A stretch of 64,000 nucleotides of DNA, taken from Acutalibacteraceae bacterium. Its GTDB lineage: Bacteria > Bacillota > Clostridia > Oscillospirales > Acutalibacteraceae. The stretch spans positions 39,027-103,026 of the forward strand of contig JAZSHL010000047.1 of NCBI GenBank assembly GCA_045533205.1, written 5' to 3'. A model generated the notes under the pieces. It saw nothing but the letters and a program-made list of their open reading frames with translations, had not been told where the DNA came from and searched no databases. Positions 30,776-41,187 of this stretch are shown in pieces. Both the position numbers and the translations under genes were made by a program. Each line of letters begins with the position of its first letter. The first letter of the stretch is position 1.

Positions 30776-31501
30776 TCATCCTTTCATTTGACTTTGCTGG
30801 GTTGAATTTTCGCTTGATTTATTTTTAGACTTGTCAGTTTTTTTAAGGCCGCCCATGACGAACTTAACAACAACACTGAATACAAGTCTTATTAACATGC
30901 CGATTGTTGAGTTTGTAATCTTACGGACATTGAACTTCATGTCGCAGAAAAATTCGCCCTGTGTTTTGTTGGCCAGGAAATCAGGCTCAACATTGACATC
31001 ATACTTTTTAACGAGATAGTTTGAGCAGATATATCCCATTACGGGAAAAACCTGCTGACAGGTCTGTCCGTATTTGATTGCAGTTGAAGCAGCATCACCG
31101 GTGCCGACCGCAATGTTGACATCAATCTCTTCAAAAACAATGCTCTTCATAAGATTGACACTGTATTTTTTCAGAACTCGTCCGAGATTTTCAATAACAG
31201 AAACTATACCGTCATAGCCGTTTGCCTTTGCCATTTCAACAATAGGATTGGGCTTTTTCTCTTTTGGTTCTTCCTCAGGTTTTTCTTCCTTTGGTTTTTT
31301 CTCTTTTTTCGGTTTCTTTTCCTTTTTCTTTTTGTCGGGATCAGTCGGGAAGAACTTATGCGAAATAAAAAGGTATCTCACAGAGAGATGAAACTGACGA
31401 TCATAACCGATTGTCACCCTGACAGGTATAGAAATCAATAAAAGAAGAAATGCAAATATTCCTGCGACTACACACAGAAATATTTCAAAGCCTGTCATCA
31501 T
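30776..31501 (-). CDS. YtfI-like (DUF2953) membrane protein.
   Basis: N-terminal TM helix, a Lys/Glu/Pro-rich linker, and adjacency to ytfJ as in B. subtilis. Confidence 0.5.
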   Translation of the reverse strand: MMTGFEIFLCVVAGIFAFLLLLISIPVRVTIGYDRQFHLSVRYLFISHKFFPTDPDKKKKEKKPKKEKKPKEEKPEEEPKEKKPNPIVEMAKANGYDGIVSVIENLGRVLKKYSVNLMKSIVFEEIDVNIAVGTGDAASTAIKYGQTCQQVFPVMGYICSNYLVKKYDVNVEPDFLANKTQGEFFCDMKFNVRKITNSTIGMLIRLVFSVVVKFVMGGLKKTDKSKNKSSENSTQQSQMKG

Positions 31502-31533
31502 CTCACCTCCACATTTTTATATTATACTATATG

Positions 31534-32133
31534 TTACCCTAAATTTTCAGTTTCGTCAACACTTATCTCAAAATCTGTTTGTGTTTTTTCGCTATTTTCA
31601 TCTTTTTCCTGCTCATTTTGACTGTCAGGTAAATCAGGAAGCTCGTCAAGGGATGAAATACAGAAGCATTTGAGAAATTCGGGCGTAGTTCCGTAGATAA
31701 GAGGTCTGCCCGGCAATTCAAGTCTGCCTTTTTCTTCAATGAGTGATTTCTGACAGAGATTGGAAATTACAGCAGAGCAATCTACACCTCTGATCTGTTC
31801 GATAAAAGCTTTTGTTACAGGCTGATTATATGCAACAATTGCAAGAACCTCAAATGCTGCCTGCGAAAGCGGAGCATTCTTTTTAACTTCAATCACTTTT
31901 CTTATACTGTCAGCGTATATGAGCTTTGAACAAAGCTGATATTTGTCATCGAGCTTGAGAAGGCATATTCCCGAATCTTCACTTTCGTATTTTTCTCTTA
32001 AAACCTCAAGAGCCTCGCTCAAAACAATTATTTCAACATCGAGAGCCTGAGAGATTCTTTTAATTTCAATCGGCTCGCCGACGGCAAAAAGAACAGCCTC
32101 AAGGGTTGCAAGAAGATTATCGTTATTCATCAT
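31534..32133 (-). CDS. scpB: Segregation and condensation protein B.
   Basis: LEAVLFAVGEPI..., the partner of scpA, and ATG at 32133 after AGGTGGTGA. Confidence 0.85.
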   Translation of the reverse strand: MMNNDNLLATLEAVLFAVGEPIEIKRISQALDVEIIVLSEALEVLREKYESEDSGICLLKLDDKYQLCSKLIYADSIRKVIEVKKNAPLSQAAFEVLAIVAYNQPVTKAFIEQIRGVDCSAVISNLCQKSLIEEKGRLELPGRPLIYGTTPEFLKCFCISSLDELPDLPDSQNEQEKDENSEKTQTDFEISVDETENLG

Positions 32134-32881
32134 AGTTTTCACCACCTGCACTTAATTGAAATTCCTCTTCATCATCGATTTCTCCGGTCTGAATGACAAC
32201 CAAATCATCATCTTCGTCTTCAACATTTATTTTATTTGCCTTGATAAGCTCAAGAATGGCAAGAAAGGTCGCCACCATTTCAGAGCGTGAACGGGAATCG
32301 TTGAAGAAATCAGAAAAACGGTTTTTTGCACTGATTTTCAGCTTTCTGAAAATTCCTGAAATACGGGAGCTGACAGAAACGATCTTTTTCGCAACAATTG
32401 CCGAGAAGGCATCAACCGGTGGCGGAAGCTTTCGTTTGCCCTTGCCTATTGCAGCAAGATAATGGCTGATAAGCTCATTGCTTTCGTGGGTGCGCTCATA
32501 TTTCTTGTCTGACTCAATCTGCATGGTATGCCTTGAGAAATAATCAAAGCCGTTTGCGGTTTCTGCAATTTTACCTGCCATAATTTTGCAGTCACGATAT
32601 TCAAGAAGCTCACCCTGAAGCTCTTTCTTCAGGTCATCCGCTTCTTCATGAACAGGCAGAAGTGACACAGATTTGATGTAAACAAGGCGAGCAGCCATTT
32701 CGAGAAAATCGCTTGCGATTTCCATGTCAGCTTCTTCCATCTGATGAACATATGCAATGTATTGTTCGACCAGCTCGAAAATAGGAATGTCATAAATATT
32801 CAGTTTGTGTTTACTTATCAGATGTAAAAGCAGATCCATGGGACCTTCAAATACATCAATTTTATATTGAATTTTTTCCAT
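32123..32881 (-). CDS. scpA: Segregation and condensation protein A.
   Basis: FEGPMDLLLHLISKHKLNIYDIPI motif. Confidence 0.85.
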   Translation of the reverse strand: MEKIQYKIDVFEGPMDLLLHLISKHKLNIYDIPIFELVEQYIAYVHQMEEADMEIASDFLEMAARLVYIKSVSLLPVHEEADDLKKELQGELLEYRDCKIMAGKIAETANGFDYFSRHTMQIESDKKYERTHESNELISHYLAAIGKGKRKLPPPVDAFSAIVAKKIVSVSSRISGIFRKLKISAKNRFSDFFNDSRSRSEMVATFLAILELIKANKINVEDEDDDLVVIQTGEIDDEEEFQLSAGGENYDE

Positions 32882-32914
32882 GGCTCCTCCTTAACAACTT
32901 TATTTTATCCGAAC

Positions 32915-33598
32915 TCAAAAGAGTCTGAATGGTAGCGATACAAAAATATTTATAGCATAATAAACAGGAATTGTAACACCTGAAATTATTCCGTCAAGTA
33001 CACCCGAGAAGAAAAGAACAACAACAATAAGACTTGTATATCTCTCATATTTCATAAGCTTATAATAATATTTATCCGGTAGTGCTGCGCTCAGAATTCT
33101 TGATCCGTCATAGGGTGGAATAGGTATCATATTAAACACGGCAAGAGCTATATTTATCAGCACCGTGAACTGCAAAAAGTCACAAATATAATCAGGCAAA
33201 GTATTTTCGTAAACGCCTCTGAAAAGAATTGCCTGTCGGATAAAAGCAAAGATAATTGCCATCACTATATTGGACACAGGGCCTGCAAGAGCAGTAAGAG
33301 CCATATATTGCTTACGCCTGTTTCTTTTGAAATTGCCGATATTGACAGGTACAGGTTTAGCGTAACCGAAGCCGATGAAGAATATCATCAATGCACCGAT
33401 GGGATCAATATGTGCAAGAGGGTTAAGAGTGAGTCTTCCTCTGTTTTTTGCTGTGTTATCCCCTAATTTATAGGCAGTGTAACCGTGAGCCAGTTCATGT
33501 ATTGGTGTTAAACAAAACACTATAAATATTCTTGCCAATAAATCAATTATAAGATCAACGGAAAAGCCCTCAGTCAGTATTCTGCTTATAAAGCGCAT
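32915..33598 (-). CDS. Site-2 protease (M50) family membrane metalloprotease.
   Basis: HELAHG motif and multiple TM helices. Confidence 0.7.
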   Translation of the reverse strand: MRFISRILTEGFSVDLIIDLLARIFIVFCLTPIHELAHGYTAYKLGDNTAKNRGRLTLNPLAHIDPIGALMIFFIGFGYAKPVPVNIGNFKRNRRKQYMALTALAGPVSNIVMAIIFAFIRQAILFRGVYENTLPDYICDFLQFTVLINIALAVFNMIPIPPYDGSRILSAALPDKYYYKLMKYERYTSLIVVVLFFSGVLDGIISGVTIPVYYAINIFVSLPFRLF

Positions 33599-34440
33599 TA
33601 ATTTTTCCTCCCGATAACAAATCTGTTAATGTGGTTGTAATCTTGTCTTATTTCACAATCGAATCCGTTTTCCGTGAAAATCTCTGAAATATCCACTGCC
33701 TGATTTTCACCGCACTCAAAGGCAAGTATTCCTTTATCCTTCAGTTTTGATTTCCAATATGAAATAATATAGCGGTAAAAAACGAGTCCGTCCTCTCCTC
33801 CGTCAAGTGCCATTGAAGGTTCGCGAAGCACCTCTTTTTGAAGTGTCTGAATTTCATCGCTTCTGATGTATGGCGGATTGCTTACGATGATGTCGGCCAT
33901 AGGATAATTTCCGAAAGAGTCGTAATCAAAAATATCACCGTTAACGGCTGAAATTTCACTGCCATTCAAAATATTTCTGACATTTTCTTTCAGATAAGAA
34001 AATGCTTTTTCACTCTTTTCAACAAGTATAAGCTCAGAATCCGGCACGGCCTTTTTAACTGAAATGCCTATACATCCGCTGCCGGAGCACAAATCGTAAA
34101 TAACAGAGCCTTTTTGCGATTTTGCAACAGAAATCACATATTCACACAAAAGCTCAGTTTCAGGCCTCGGAATAAGCACACCGTCGCCAACAGAAAAGGT
34201 GCTTTCATAAAAATCCCACTGTCCGATAATGTACTGAACAGGTGTTCCTGATATGCGTTTTTTTACAGCATTATCAATGTCAGAGAGGACCTGCTCGCTG
34301 AACTCGGATTCATCAGAAAAAAGTGCTTTGCTTTGAGGAATCCCTGAAAAATGACTAATAATGATTTCAGCCTCAAAGGCGGAATCTTCAATTCCGTTAT
34401 CCTTCAGTTTCTTCGAGATTTTCCTGAGTAGTATGCTCAT
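33598..34440 (-). CDS. prmC: Release-factor glutamine methyltransferase.
   Basis: VSNPPYI and DLCSGSGCIG motifs. The start at 34440 gives 280 aa. The track start at 34527 overlaps the upstream gene by 131 nt. Confidence 0.8.
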   Translation of the reverse strand: MSILLRKISKKLKDNGIEDSAFEAEIIISHFSGIPQSKALFSDESEFSEQVLSDIDNAVKKRISGTPVQYIIGQWDFYESTFSVGDGVLIPRPETELLCEYVISVAKSQKGSVIYDLCSGSGCIGISVKKAVPDSELILVEKSEKAFSYLKENVRNILNGSEISAVNGDIFDYDSFGNYPMADIIVSNPPYIRSDEIQTLQKEVLREPSMALDGGEDGLVFYRYIISYWKSKLKDKGILAFECGENQAVDISEIFTENGFDCEIRQDYNHINRFVIGRKN

Positions 34441-35443
34441 TGCAGTCAAGCTCACATTCCTTTTGTTTATATTTGGCTTTTTCTTCATCGTCAAGAACTT
34501 CGATAAAAGCTGAAAGAGCAACCTCAATCATGCTGTCATCAGGCTCTTTGGTTGTTAATCTCTGCATCCAGAGACCGGGTGCGGCAAGAATTCTGACAAT
34601 AAAATTATCATGCCTGCCTGCGTATCTTATAAATTCATAGCTGAGGCCGGTAACGATGGGAAGAATCATTATTTTGGTAAGCATCCAAAGCACAGTGTTA
34701 TCTCTTAAACCTGTAAAAATAGATAACACAGATGAAATAATAACACTGATTATAATAATAACAAATATGAAGCTTGTTCCGCATCTCGGATGAAAGCGTG
34801 ACTGTTTTTTAACATTTTCAACATTAAGCTCAAGTCCGTTTTCATAACAGAAAATAGTTTTATGCTCAGCTCCATGATACATAAAGGTTCGTTTAATGTC
34901 CTTCATGAGAGAAACAGCAGCGATGTAAATTACAAAAATTGCCATTCGTATAACACCCTCAAAAAGGGCTCTGAAATTGTCAAGGCTTTCCCCTGCCAGC
35001 TTGTTGATAAAGTCAACAATAACAGTCGGCAGATAGAAGAAAAGAAGAAAAGCGAGAGCGACACCGAGTATTGATGCGATACCGGTGATTACACTCATAA
35101 CCTTTTTGTTTATATGAGCATTGAGCCATTTATCAAGCTTTGACATGTTTTCCTCTGATTCCTCCATGTCATCAAGGCCTGATTTGTCAGCTGAAATCAT
35201 AAGACATTTGTAGCCGAACATCATCGACTCAACATAGTTGACGATACCACGGATCATCGGCCAGCCAAGGGGCTTGAACTTGTCCTTTGCATGCTTGACT
35301 TTAATCTCCTGTGTGTCGATTGTTCCGTCCGGACATCTGACGGAAACTGCAGCCTTTCCGTTGGGATTCTGCATCATTATGCCTTCAATCAAAGCCTGTC
35401 CGCCGATTGAGGTTTTGCAGCAGCTTTTGTTTTTCTTACTCAT
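34397..35443 (-). CDS. DUF1385-family membrane protein.
   Basis: IGGQALIEGIMM and YHGAEHK motifs, and the usual neighbourhood next to prmC. Confidence 0.7.
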   Translation of the reverse strand: MSKKNKSCCKTSIGGQALIEGIMMQNPNGKAAVSVRCPDGTIDTQEIKVKHAKDKFKPLGWPMIRGIVNYVESMMFGYKCLMISADKSGLDDMEESEENMSKLDKWLNAHINKKVMSVITGIASILGVALAFLLFFYLPTVIVDFINKLAGESLDNFRALFEGVIRMAIFVIYIAAVSLMKDIKRTFMYHGAEHKTIFCYENGLELNVENVKKQSRFHPRCGTSFIFVIIIISVIISSVLSIFTGLRDNTVLWMLTKIMILPIVTGLSYEFIRYAGRHDNFIVRILAAPGLWMQRLTTKEPDDSMIEVALSAFIEVLDDEEKAKYKQKECELDCNEHTTQENLEETEG

Positions 35444-36860
35444 TGTTATCCTCCGTATCAGAAATCGGTAAAAGCACCTTAACGGTTGTTCCGACTCCGA
35501 ATTTACTTGTTATAATCAGCTGGCCGCCGTGCATTCTGATTATTTCATCTGCAACAGCAAGACCGATGCCGGTACCTCTGATTGTGTTGTTTGCCTTATA
35601 GAACTTTTCTTTGACATGCTTCAGGTCCTCCTCAGAGATACCGCAGCCTGTGTCAGAAAAAGTTACATCAGCAAAGCTGTTGTTTGCTGTGAGTCTTATA
35701 TCAATCTCTCCGCCGGAATCTGTATATTTAACGGCATTATCAAGAATATTGATAAACACTTGTCTTATTCTATCATAATCTCCTGTTAACTTCAACTCAC
35801 TTTTTATATCAATTTCAGTTTTCATTGATATATTTTCGGCGTCCGTTTTTTGTTTATATATTTCACATGTCTGCAGAAGCATTGAAGAAAGCTCTATCTG
35901 CTCCTTGATAATTGTCATACCATTATTCTGCATTCTTGAAAAGTCAAGAAGCTCTTCAACCATCGACGAAAGCCTTGTTGTTTCTTCAACGATAATATCC
36001 AGGCCTTTTTTCATAATCTCTTTGTCGTCACCGTGATTCTGCAACGTTTCGCCCCAGCCCTTGATGGCTGTCAGAGGTGTTCTGATTTCATGTGAAACCG
36101 TGGATATAAATTCGTTTTTCATTCTGTCGGTCTGACTCAGACGCAGTGCCATATCATTGATAGATGCACAAAGCTCACCGATTTCATCTTCTGAATCAAT
36201 TTCTATTCGTACATCAAAGTCGCCGTTTGCTATTTTACCTGTTGTTGCATTAATCCTCTGCACCGGGTTTACAATAGATGAGACAAAGTACATGCCGGAT
36301 AATGTTATAAGCAAAATAATGAGTATTACAACAACGATTATTATCACAGACAGCAAAGTCAGCTGATGATAAGTTTCCTCCATTGAAATCAGATATCTGA
36401 CAGCTCCGACAGCCTGACCTGACTTATCCTTAAGAATATAAGAAACAGCTGTTACAGGTTCTCCTGAAGCCATTCTCATGCGTACAACACCAATGCCGTT
36501 TTCTTCGTGCAGCGCCTCTTCATAATCAGGCAAATCTGAGCTTATATCGTGGCTGAAGCCGCTTGAGGAAACAATCATTTTGCCGTTTTTGTCAAGCACC
36601 CAGACCTCCATTATATCCTTATAAAGAAAGGTTTCAACAAATTCACCGGCACCAATGGCAAATAATTCATCATCATTGCCGATGTAAGATGCAAAAAATG
36701 TGTCAACAGACTTGTTTATTCGGGCTCTGATTGTTGTTTCTGCAGAGCTGAAGTATCTGTTGAATACAGAATATAACACAACACAAGTGAAAGCCAGAAA
36801 AATCGCAATTATAACCAAAAGAATATTTCTGATCCATCTGCTTTTGATTGAGCTGTTCAT
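35436..36860 (-). CDS. Sensor histidine kinase (2 TM helices, HAMP, HisKA, HATPase).
   Basis: H-box SHEIRTPL, N-box NILDNAVKY, and G-boxes DTGCGI and GTGIGL. Confidence 0.85.
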   Translation of the reverse strand: MNSSIKSRWIRNILLVIIAIFLAFTCVVLYSVFNRYFSSAETTIRARINKSVDTFFASYIGNDDELFAIGAGEFVETFLYKDIMEVWVLDKNGKMIVSSSGFSHDISSDLPDYEEALHEENGIGVVRMRMASGEPVTAVSYILKDKSGQAVGAVRYLISMEETYHQLTLLSVIIIVVVILIILLITLSGMYFVSSIVNPVQRINATTGKIANGDFDVRIEIDSEDEIGELCASINDMALRLSQTDRMKNEFISTVSHEIRTPLTAIKGWGETLQNHGDDKEIMKKGLDIIVEETTRLSSMVEELLDFSRMQNNGMTIIKEQIELSSMLLQTCEIYKQKTDAENISMKTEIDIKSELKLTGDYDRIRQVFINILDNAVKYTDSGGEIDIRLTANNSFADVTFSDTGCGISEEDLKHVKEKFYKANNTIRGTGIGLAVADEIIRMHGGQLIITSKFGVGTTVKVLLPISDTEDNNE

Positions 36861-36883
36861 TGCAATTTCTCTCCTTTCATTGT

Positions 36884-37585
36884 TTACTCATTCCATTTGT
36901 AGCCCTGTCCCCAGACGGTTATCAGGTGCTTCGGGGTTGAAGGGTTATCTTCGATTTTAAGTCTTAATCTTCTGATATTTACATCGACAACCTTATCGTC
37001 GCCAAAATATGGATCTCCCCATACCTTATCAAGAAAGTATCCACGCTCAATTGATGTGCCGGGAGCAGAAAAAAAGCATTCAAGAATCTGAAATTCTATG
37101 TGGGTCAGCTCTATAACACTGTCGTCCTTTTTCAGAACGTGCTTTTTAAGATCAAGCTCAAATCTTCCGAGTCTGATTTTGTCTGAAGTTATGTCTGATG
37201 TCAGCTTTTTGCTATATTCAACACGACGGTAAAGGCTGTCAACACGAGCAATGAGCTCAGCAGTTGAGAAGGGCTTCTGAACATAATCATCAGCACCTGC
37301 ACGCAAGCCCTCAACCTTATCTTCCTCCTGTGTTTTAGCTGTTAAAAATATTATACCTACATTAACATTGACCTCTCTTATTTGCCTGCATACCTCGACA
37401 CCGTCAATTTCGGGCATCATTATATCAAGAATAGCAATGTCAATGCTGCCGGCATTTTCTTTATATTTATCAATTGCTTCTCTGCCGTTTTCGGCTTCAA
37501 TCACATTGTAGCCGGCAATTTTCAGGTTGATAATTATAAATTCTCTAATAGATTTTTCATCTTCTGCTATCAAAGCGGTTTTCAT
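36884..37585 (-). CDS. OmpR-family response regulator.
   Basis: Receiver domain (EDE...DIMMPEIDG...K) plus a winged helix (VWGQGYKW). ATG at 37585 after AAGGTGAT. Confidence 0.85.
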   Translation of the reverse strand: MKTALIAEDEKSIREFIIINLKIAGYNVIEAENGREAIDKYKENAGSIDIAILDIMMPEIDGVEVCRQIREVNVNVGIIFLTAKTQEEDKVEGLRAGADDYVQKPFSTAELIARVDSLYRRVEYSKKLTSDITSDKIRLGRFELDLKKHVLKKDDSVIELTHIEFQILECFFSAPGTSIERGYFLDKVWGDPYFGDDKVVDVNIRRLRLKIEDNPSTPKHLITVWGQGYKWNE

Positions 37586-37595
37586 GTAAATCACC

Positions 37596-38945
37596 TTATT
37601 TAATAATCATTTTTGATAATGCTGTTTTGTCGATATCGTATTCATTTGCTGTATGATGAATACGGTAATAAATTTCTCCTCTTGCGGTTTCTTTTAAGAA
37701 TCTGTATTCTGACGGAATACGGATATCACTGTGACTGTCGAGATAATACAGTGAAAACAGAAGCTCACCGGTTGAATATTCACCGTTCTTTTCATCGATA
37801 AGCTCATAAAATGTTATTATGTTATTTTTATGATTGTTTGAAACAGTGACTTTACTGACAAGATCAGTGGGAATCTGAATCTCATAGTTTGACTTTGAAT
37901 TAATTATTCTGTGGCAGATACTTTTGATTTCATCGTCTTCAAATCTTATCCACTCAATAATGCTCTGCCCCTGTGGCTGGGTTGAACCTTCTATTATGAC
38001 TCTGCTTTTCGGCATAGCTTTAACTACGGGTATTTCAATCAGACCGTCTGAATTTATGTCGTCGCAAAAAACGTTGATGTTTCTTGAAGAAACAGAAGGA
38101 ACAGTTATATCATCAACCGAAAGTCTTTCGAAGCAATTCCGTTCACGGTCAAAGTAAATGCAGTCAGTTATCAGTGAACTGTCAGTTTTGTAGCCGTCAA
38201 CAAATATACGGCGTGCATCAATATGTGAATCAAAATCATACTTTATCGATTTGATAGATGTTATTGATGAATCAAGCTGATAGGCTTCTGCAAGCTGAAA
38301 TTTATTATCAAAGTAGTTTACCATAAACAAATTATATGTGCTGCTTTCGGTTCTTTTATCAGCATCAAATATAAGAATATCCTGCCTTGAATCGCCGTTG
38401 ACATCCATAACATCAAACTCTGAATATGAGGCATCAAAAATGTTTGCAATCCTGATTTCATCAGTGTCGAAAATTTTATAAACATTCAGCTTTCTGGAAA
38501 GCTCGTTCTGATAAACAGACCAACCAACGATAATCTCTTTTTTCTTATCGTTGTTAAGATCTGAAAATTTTACACGGTGTATTTCGCTGTGTGAACTCTC
38601 GTAGTCGGCAACAGATTTCCACTCACCGTCAATTTTTTTCAGAACATTCATTCTGATAATATCAACGGCAGCTTCAGTGCTGTAAAAAACAATAACTTCA
38701 TCCTGTCCGTCAGAGTCAAGATCCTTGAATATGTATGCTGATCTGTAATCGCCGCCTATTGGTGATTTAAGTTTATAGCCCTTTTCAACGGAATCCTCAA
38801 AGGCCAACTGAATTGCAAGGTTTTCACCTTCAAGCTTCGGAGGTCCCATCAATGACTCAATAGGCTTAAAGCCATTGATGCAAAATATTACAACCGGAAC
38901 AGCAAACAACGCAAAAAGAATAAGTCCGAGAGTATATTTTTTCAT
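37596..38945 (-). CDS. Membrane-anchored protein with FG-GAP/VCBS-like DxDxDG repeats.
   Basis: N-terminal anchor, then the repeats DLDSDGQDEVIVF, DLNNDKKKEIIVGW, DVNGDSRQDILIF and DINSDGLIEIPV. Confidence 0.5.
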   Translation of the reverse strand: MKKYTLGLILFALFAVPVVIFCINGFKPIESLMGPPKLEGENLAIQLAFEDSVEKGYKLKSPIGGDYRSAYIFKDLDSDGQDEVIVFYSTEAAVDIIRMNVLKKIDGEWKSVADYESSHSEIHRVKFSDLNNDKKKEIIVGWSVYQNELSRKLNVYKIFDTDEIRIANIFDASYSEFDVMDVNGDSRQDILIFDADKRTESSTYNLFMVNYFDNKFQLAEAYQLDSSITSIKSIKYDFDSHIDARRIFVDGYKTDSSLITDCIYFDRERNCFERLSVDDITVPSVSSRNINVFCDDINSDGLIEIPVVKAMPKSRVIIEGSTQPQGQSIIEWIRFEDDEIKSICHRIINSKSNYEIQIPTDLVSKVTVSNNHKNNIITFYELIDEKNGEYSTGELLFSLYYLDSHSDIRIPSEYRFLKETARGEIYYRIHHTANEYDIDKTALSKMIIK

Positions 38946-38966
38946 TTATGAGCCTCCTTTAAAATT

Positions 38967-40487
38967 TTAATTTAAAAACATTTCAAGCGAACTGATATCA
39001 AGCATATCGCAGCTTGTTAAAAATCCCTTTAATTGTGATGCGATGTATTTCACACCGCCATGAACATCACTTTCTATATTCAAGGGCATAATCGGATCAT
39101 GAACACTGAGTCTGAGAAGCAGCCAGCCCTGAGCATTTTCGGAATCAAGGTATATTCTGACACCCTCTCTGTTGTCATCGGCAATTCGCCAGTCAGGCTT
39201 CTTTTCTGCAAATTCGAGCAATTTATCTATCACACCGTTCCCGTAGGTCCTGAAGTCGTCGCATTTAATTCTGAAACGAAGCTCCTTTTCTTCGAGGGGA
39301 TCCTTCAGATCTGAAATAAGCGAATCAAGCTCCTTACCTTCTTTTCCGAGCTGTGCCAGCTTGATTATAATTTTTGTAATGAGATATGCTCCATCGTCAA
39401 GATAATAGTTTTCTCTGAAGGCAGCGTGACCTGATGTTTCAATTGCAAGAGGACAGTTAACACCATCACTCTGCAGACGAAGCTGCTCATTTATAACATT
39501 TCTGTAGCCTCTTTTGTATCTGTAGTGAACACCCTTGAGATTTTCGTTGATAAATTTTGTAAGTCCTGTTGATGTAACACTGTCTGTAACAATTGTGCCA
39601 CCCTCATTTCCTTCAAGAGAAATAATCGATGCGAGAGCGACAAGACGGTTTCGGTTGATTTCTTTACCATGTTTATCAACGCAGCCTGCTCTGTCAACGT
39701 CGGTGTCGAAAATAATACCAAGATCTGCGCCAGCATCAACCGTAGCCCTGCAAACGGATTCCATAGCCTGTTTGTTTTCGGGATTTGGTGCATGGTTAGG
39801 AAACATTCCGTCAGGCTCAAGATAACAGCTGCCGCTGATGTCAGCTCCAAGTGGCTCAAGAACCTGAGCTGCATAAAAGCCTCCTACACCGTTACCTGCG
39901 TCAACTATAATTTTATATCCGTCAAGAGGCTTGTAATAATTGTCAGCATTAACTTCACGACAAATCATGTCACGCAGCCTTTTTGAATACACTGTCATAT
40001 AGTCCGTCGGAATAACTACTGATTTCACATTTGTCTTCTCATGCGGCAAAACGGCAAGCTCTATTATTCTTTGAATATCTTCTGAATTAAGACCGCCATT
40101 ACCTGTGAAAAACTTCAGTCCGTTTTTGTTGAACGGATGATGGCTTGCAGTTATCTGAACAGAAGCAACACAGTCAAGGTCAATTGTTGTCATAAACATT
40201 GCCGGAGTTGAGGCATAGGAGCAATCATAAACTTCATATTCAAACTCACAAAGAGCCTCAACAACCTTCTTTTTAATTCTTTCAGCAGATATTCTAGAAT
40301 CGTGTCCGACAGCAATTTTGTTGTTTTTGTTGTAGCTGTTTTCTTTCAGCCAACGGCAAAAGCCGACGGTAAGATCAAAAACCGCCTCATCAGTTAATTG
40401 CACAGGCTCTCCTGCAACACCGTCAACGGCTGTTCCTCTGATATCAGTGCCGCTTTTCAAAGAAAGATAAGGATTGACTTTATTCAT
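38967..40487 (-). CDS. Alpha-D-phosphohexomutase (phosphoglucomutase/phosphomannomutase).
   Basis: Active-site loop TASHHPFNKNG and metal loop FDTDVDR. ATG at 40487 after AAGGGGAG. Confidence 0.75.
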   Translation of the reverse strand: MNKVNPYLSLKSGTDIRGTAVDGVAGEPVQLTDEAVFDLTVGFCRWLKENSYNKNNKIAVGHDSRISAERIKKKVVEALCEFEYEVYDCSYASTPAMFMTTIDLDCVASVQITASHHPFNKNGLKFFTGNGGLNSEDIQRIIELAVLPHEKTNVKSVVIPTDYMTVYSKRLRDMICREVNADNYYKPLDGYKIIVDAGNGVGGFYAAQVLEPLGADISGSCYLEPDGMFPNHAPNPENKQAMESVCRATVDAGADLGIIFDTDVDRAGCVDKHGKEINRNRLVALASIISLEGNEGGTIVTDSVTSTGLTKFINENLKGVHYRYKRGYRNVINEQLRLQSDGVNCPLAIETSGHAAFRENYYLDDGAYLITKIIIKLAQLGKEGKELDSLISDLKDPLEEKELRFRIKCDDFRTYGNGVIDKLLEFAEKKPDWRIADDNREGVRIYLDSENAQGWLLLRLSVHDPIMPLNIESDVHGGVKYIASQLKGFLTSCDMLDISSLEMFLN

Positions 40488-40491
40488 AATC

Positions 40492-41187
40492 TTACTCCCC
40501 TTTTTCATACATTTTTTCAGTTACCATAAGTAAAAAACGGTACATCGGAGCAAATGCACGTATTGCATATATAAGCTCCTGCTTTATGCTTCCGTCGATA
40601 AGATTCTGCATTTCGGGATTAACTGCAACAAAATAGAAATCCTTGCAGTTATAGAACTTCCGAAGCGACGGATCAATTTCATCAGAGCCGGACTTTTCTT
40701 TCTTGAACATATCAATCTGAAGCACGGCATCTGTTATTTCAATGCTTCTTAATGCTTTTTTGAATAAGCTCTGATTTTCCTTCAGCGTTTGCCTGAAGCA
40801 TTCAAGATAAGTCGCATCTGTTCTGAAGGTACCAACACCGTAGCTGTAGCACTGCGGATAAAACTCGAACCACATGCAGGGCTGATATTTCCACTGATGC
40901 TTGTCACGCATAAACATGCACCACATGTTATCGCGGTAAAGCTCCTTGTTTTTAGAAAATCGTGTATCACGTCTGACTCTTGATACCATCTTGGTCGGTA
41001 TAAGATTCATTTTCGGATCAATTCTGATTAGTTCATCTGACAAATCACAAGCAAGCTGCCTCATCGGAACTGTGGCAGAGGCTTTGATTTCTTCCTTGAC
41101 AGACTCATAAAAATCCTTGCTGTCGTTGAATTTATTCAGTTCAAGAAGCATAAAGGCTTTCGGGTCGAAGCCGTTAAAAGAACTCAT
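40492..41187 (-). CDS. DUF2461 (TIGR02453) family protein.
   Basis: RVRRDTRFSKNKELY motif. Confidence 0.6.
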   Translation of the reverse strand: MSSFNGFDPKAFMLLELNKFNDSKDFYESVKEEIKASATVPMRQLACDLSDELIRIDPKMNLIPTKMVSRVRRDTRFSKNKELYRDNMWCMFMRDKHQWKYQPCMWFEFYPQCYSYGVGTFRTDATYLECFRQTLKENQSLFKKALRSIEITDAVLQIDMFKKEKSGSDEIDPSLRKFYNCKDFYFVAVNPEMQNLIDGSIKQELIYAIRAFAPMYRFLLMVTEKMYEKGE

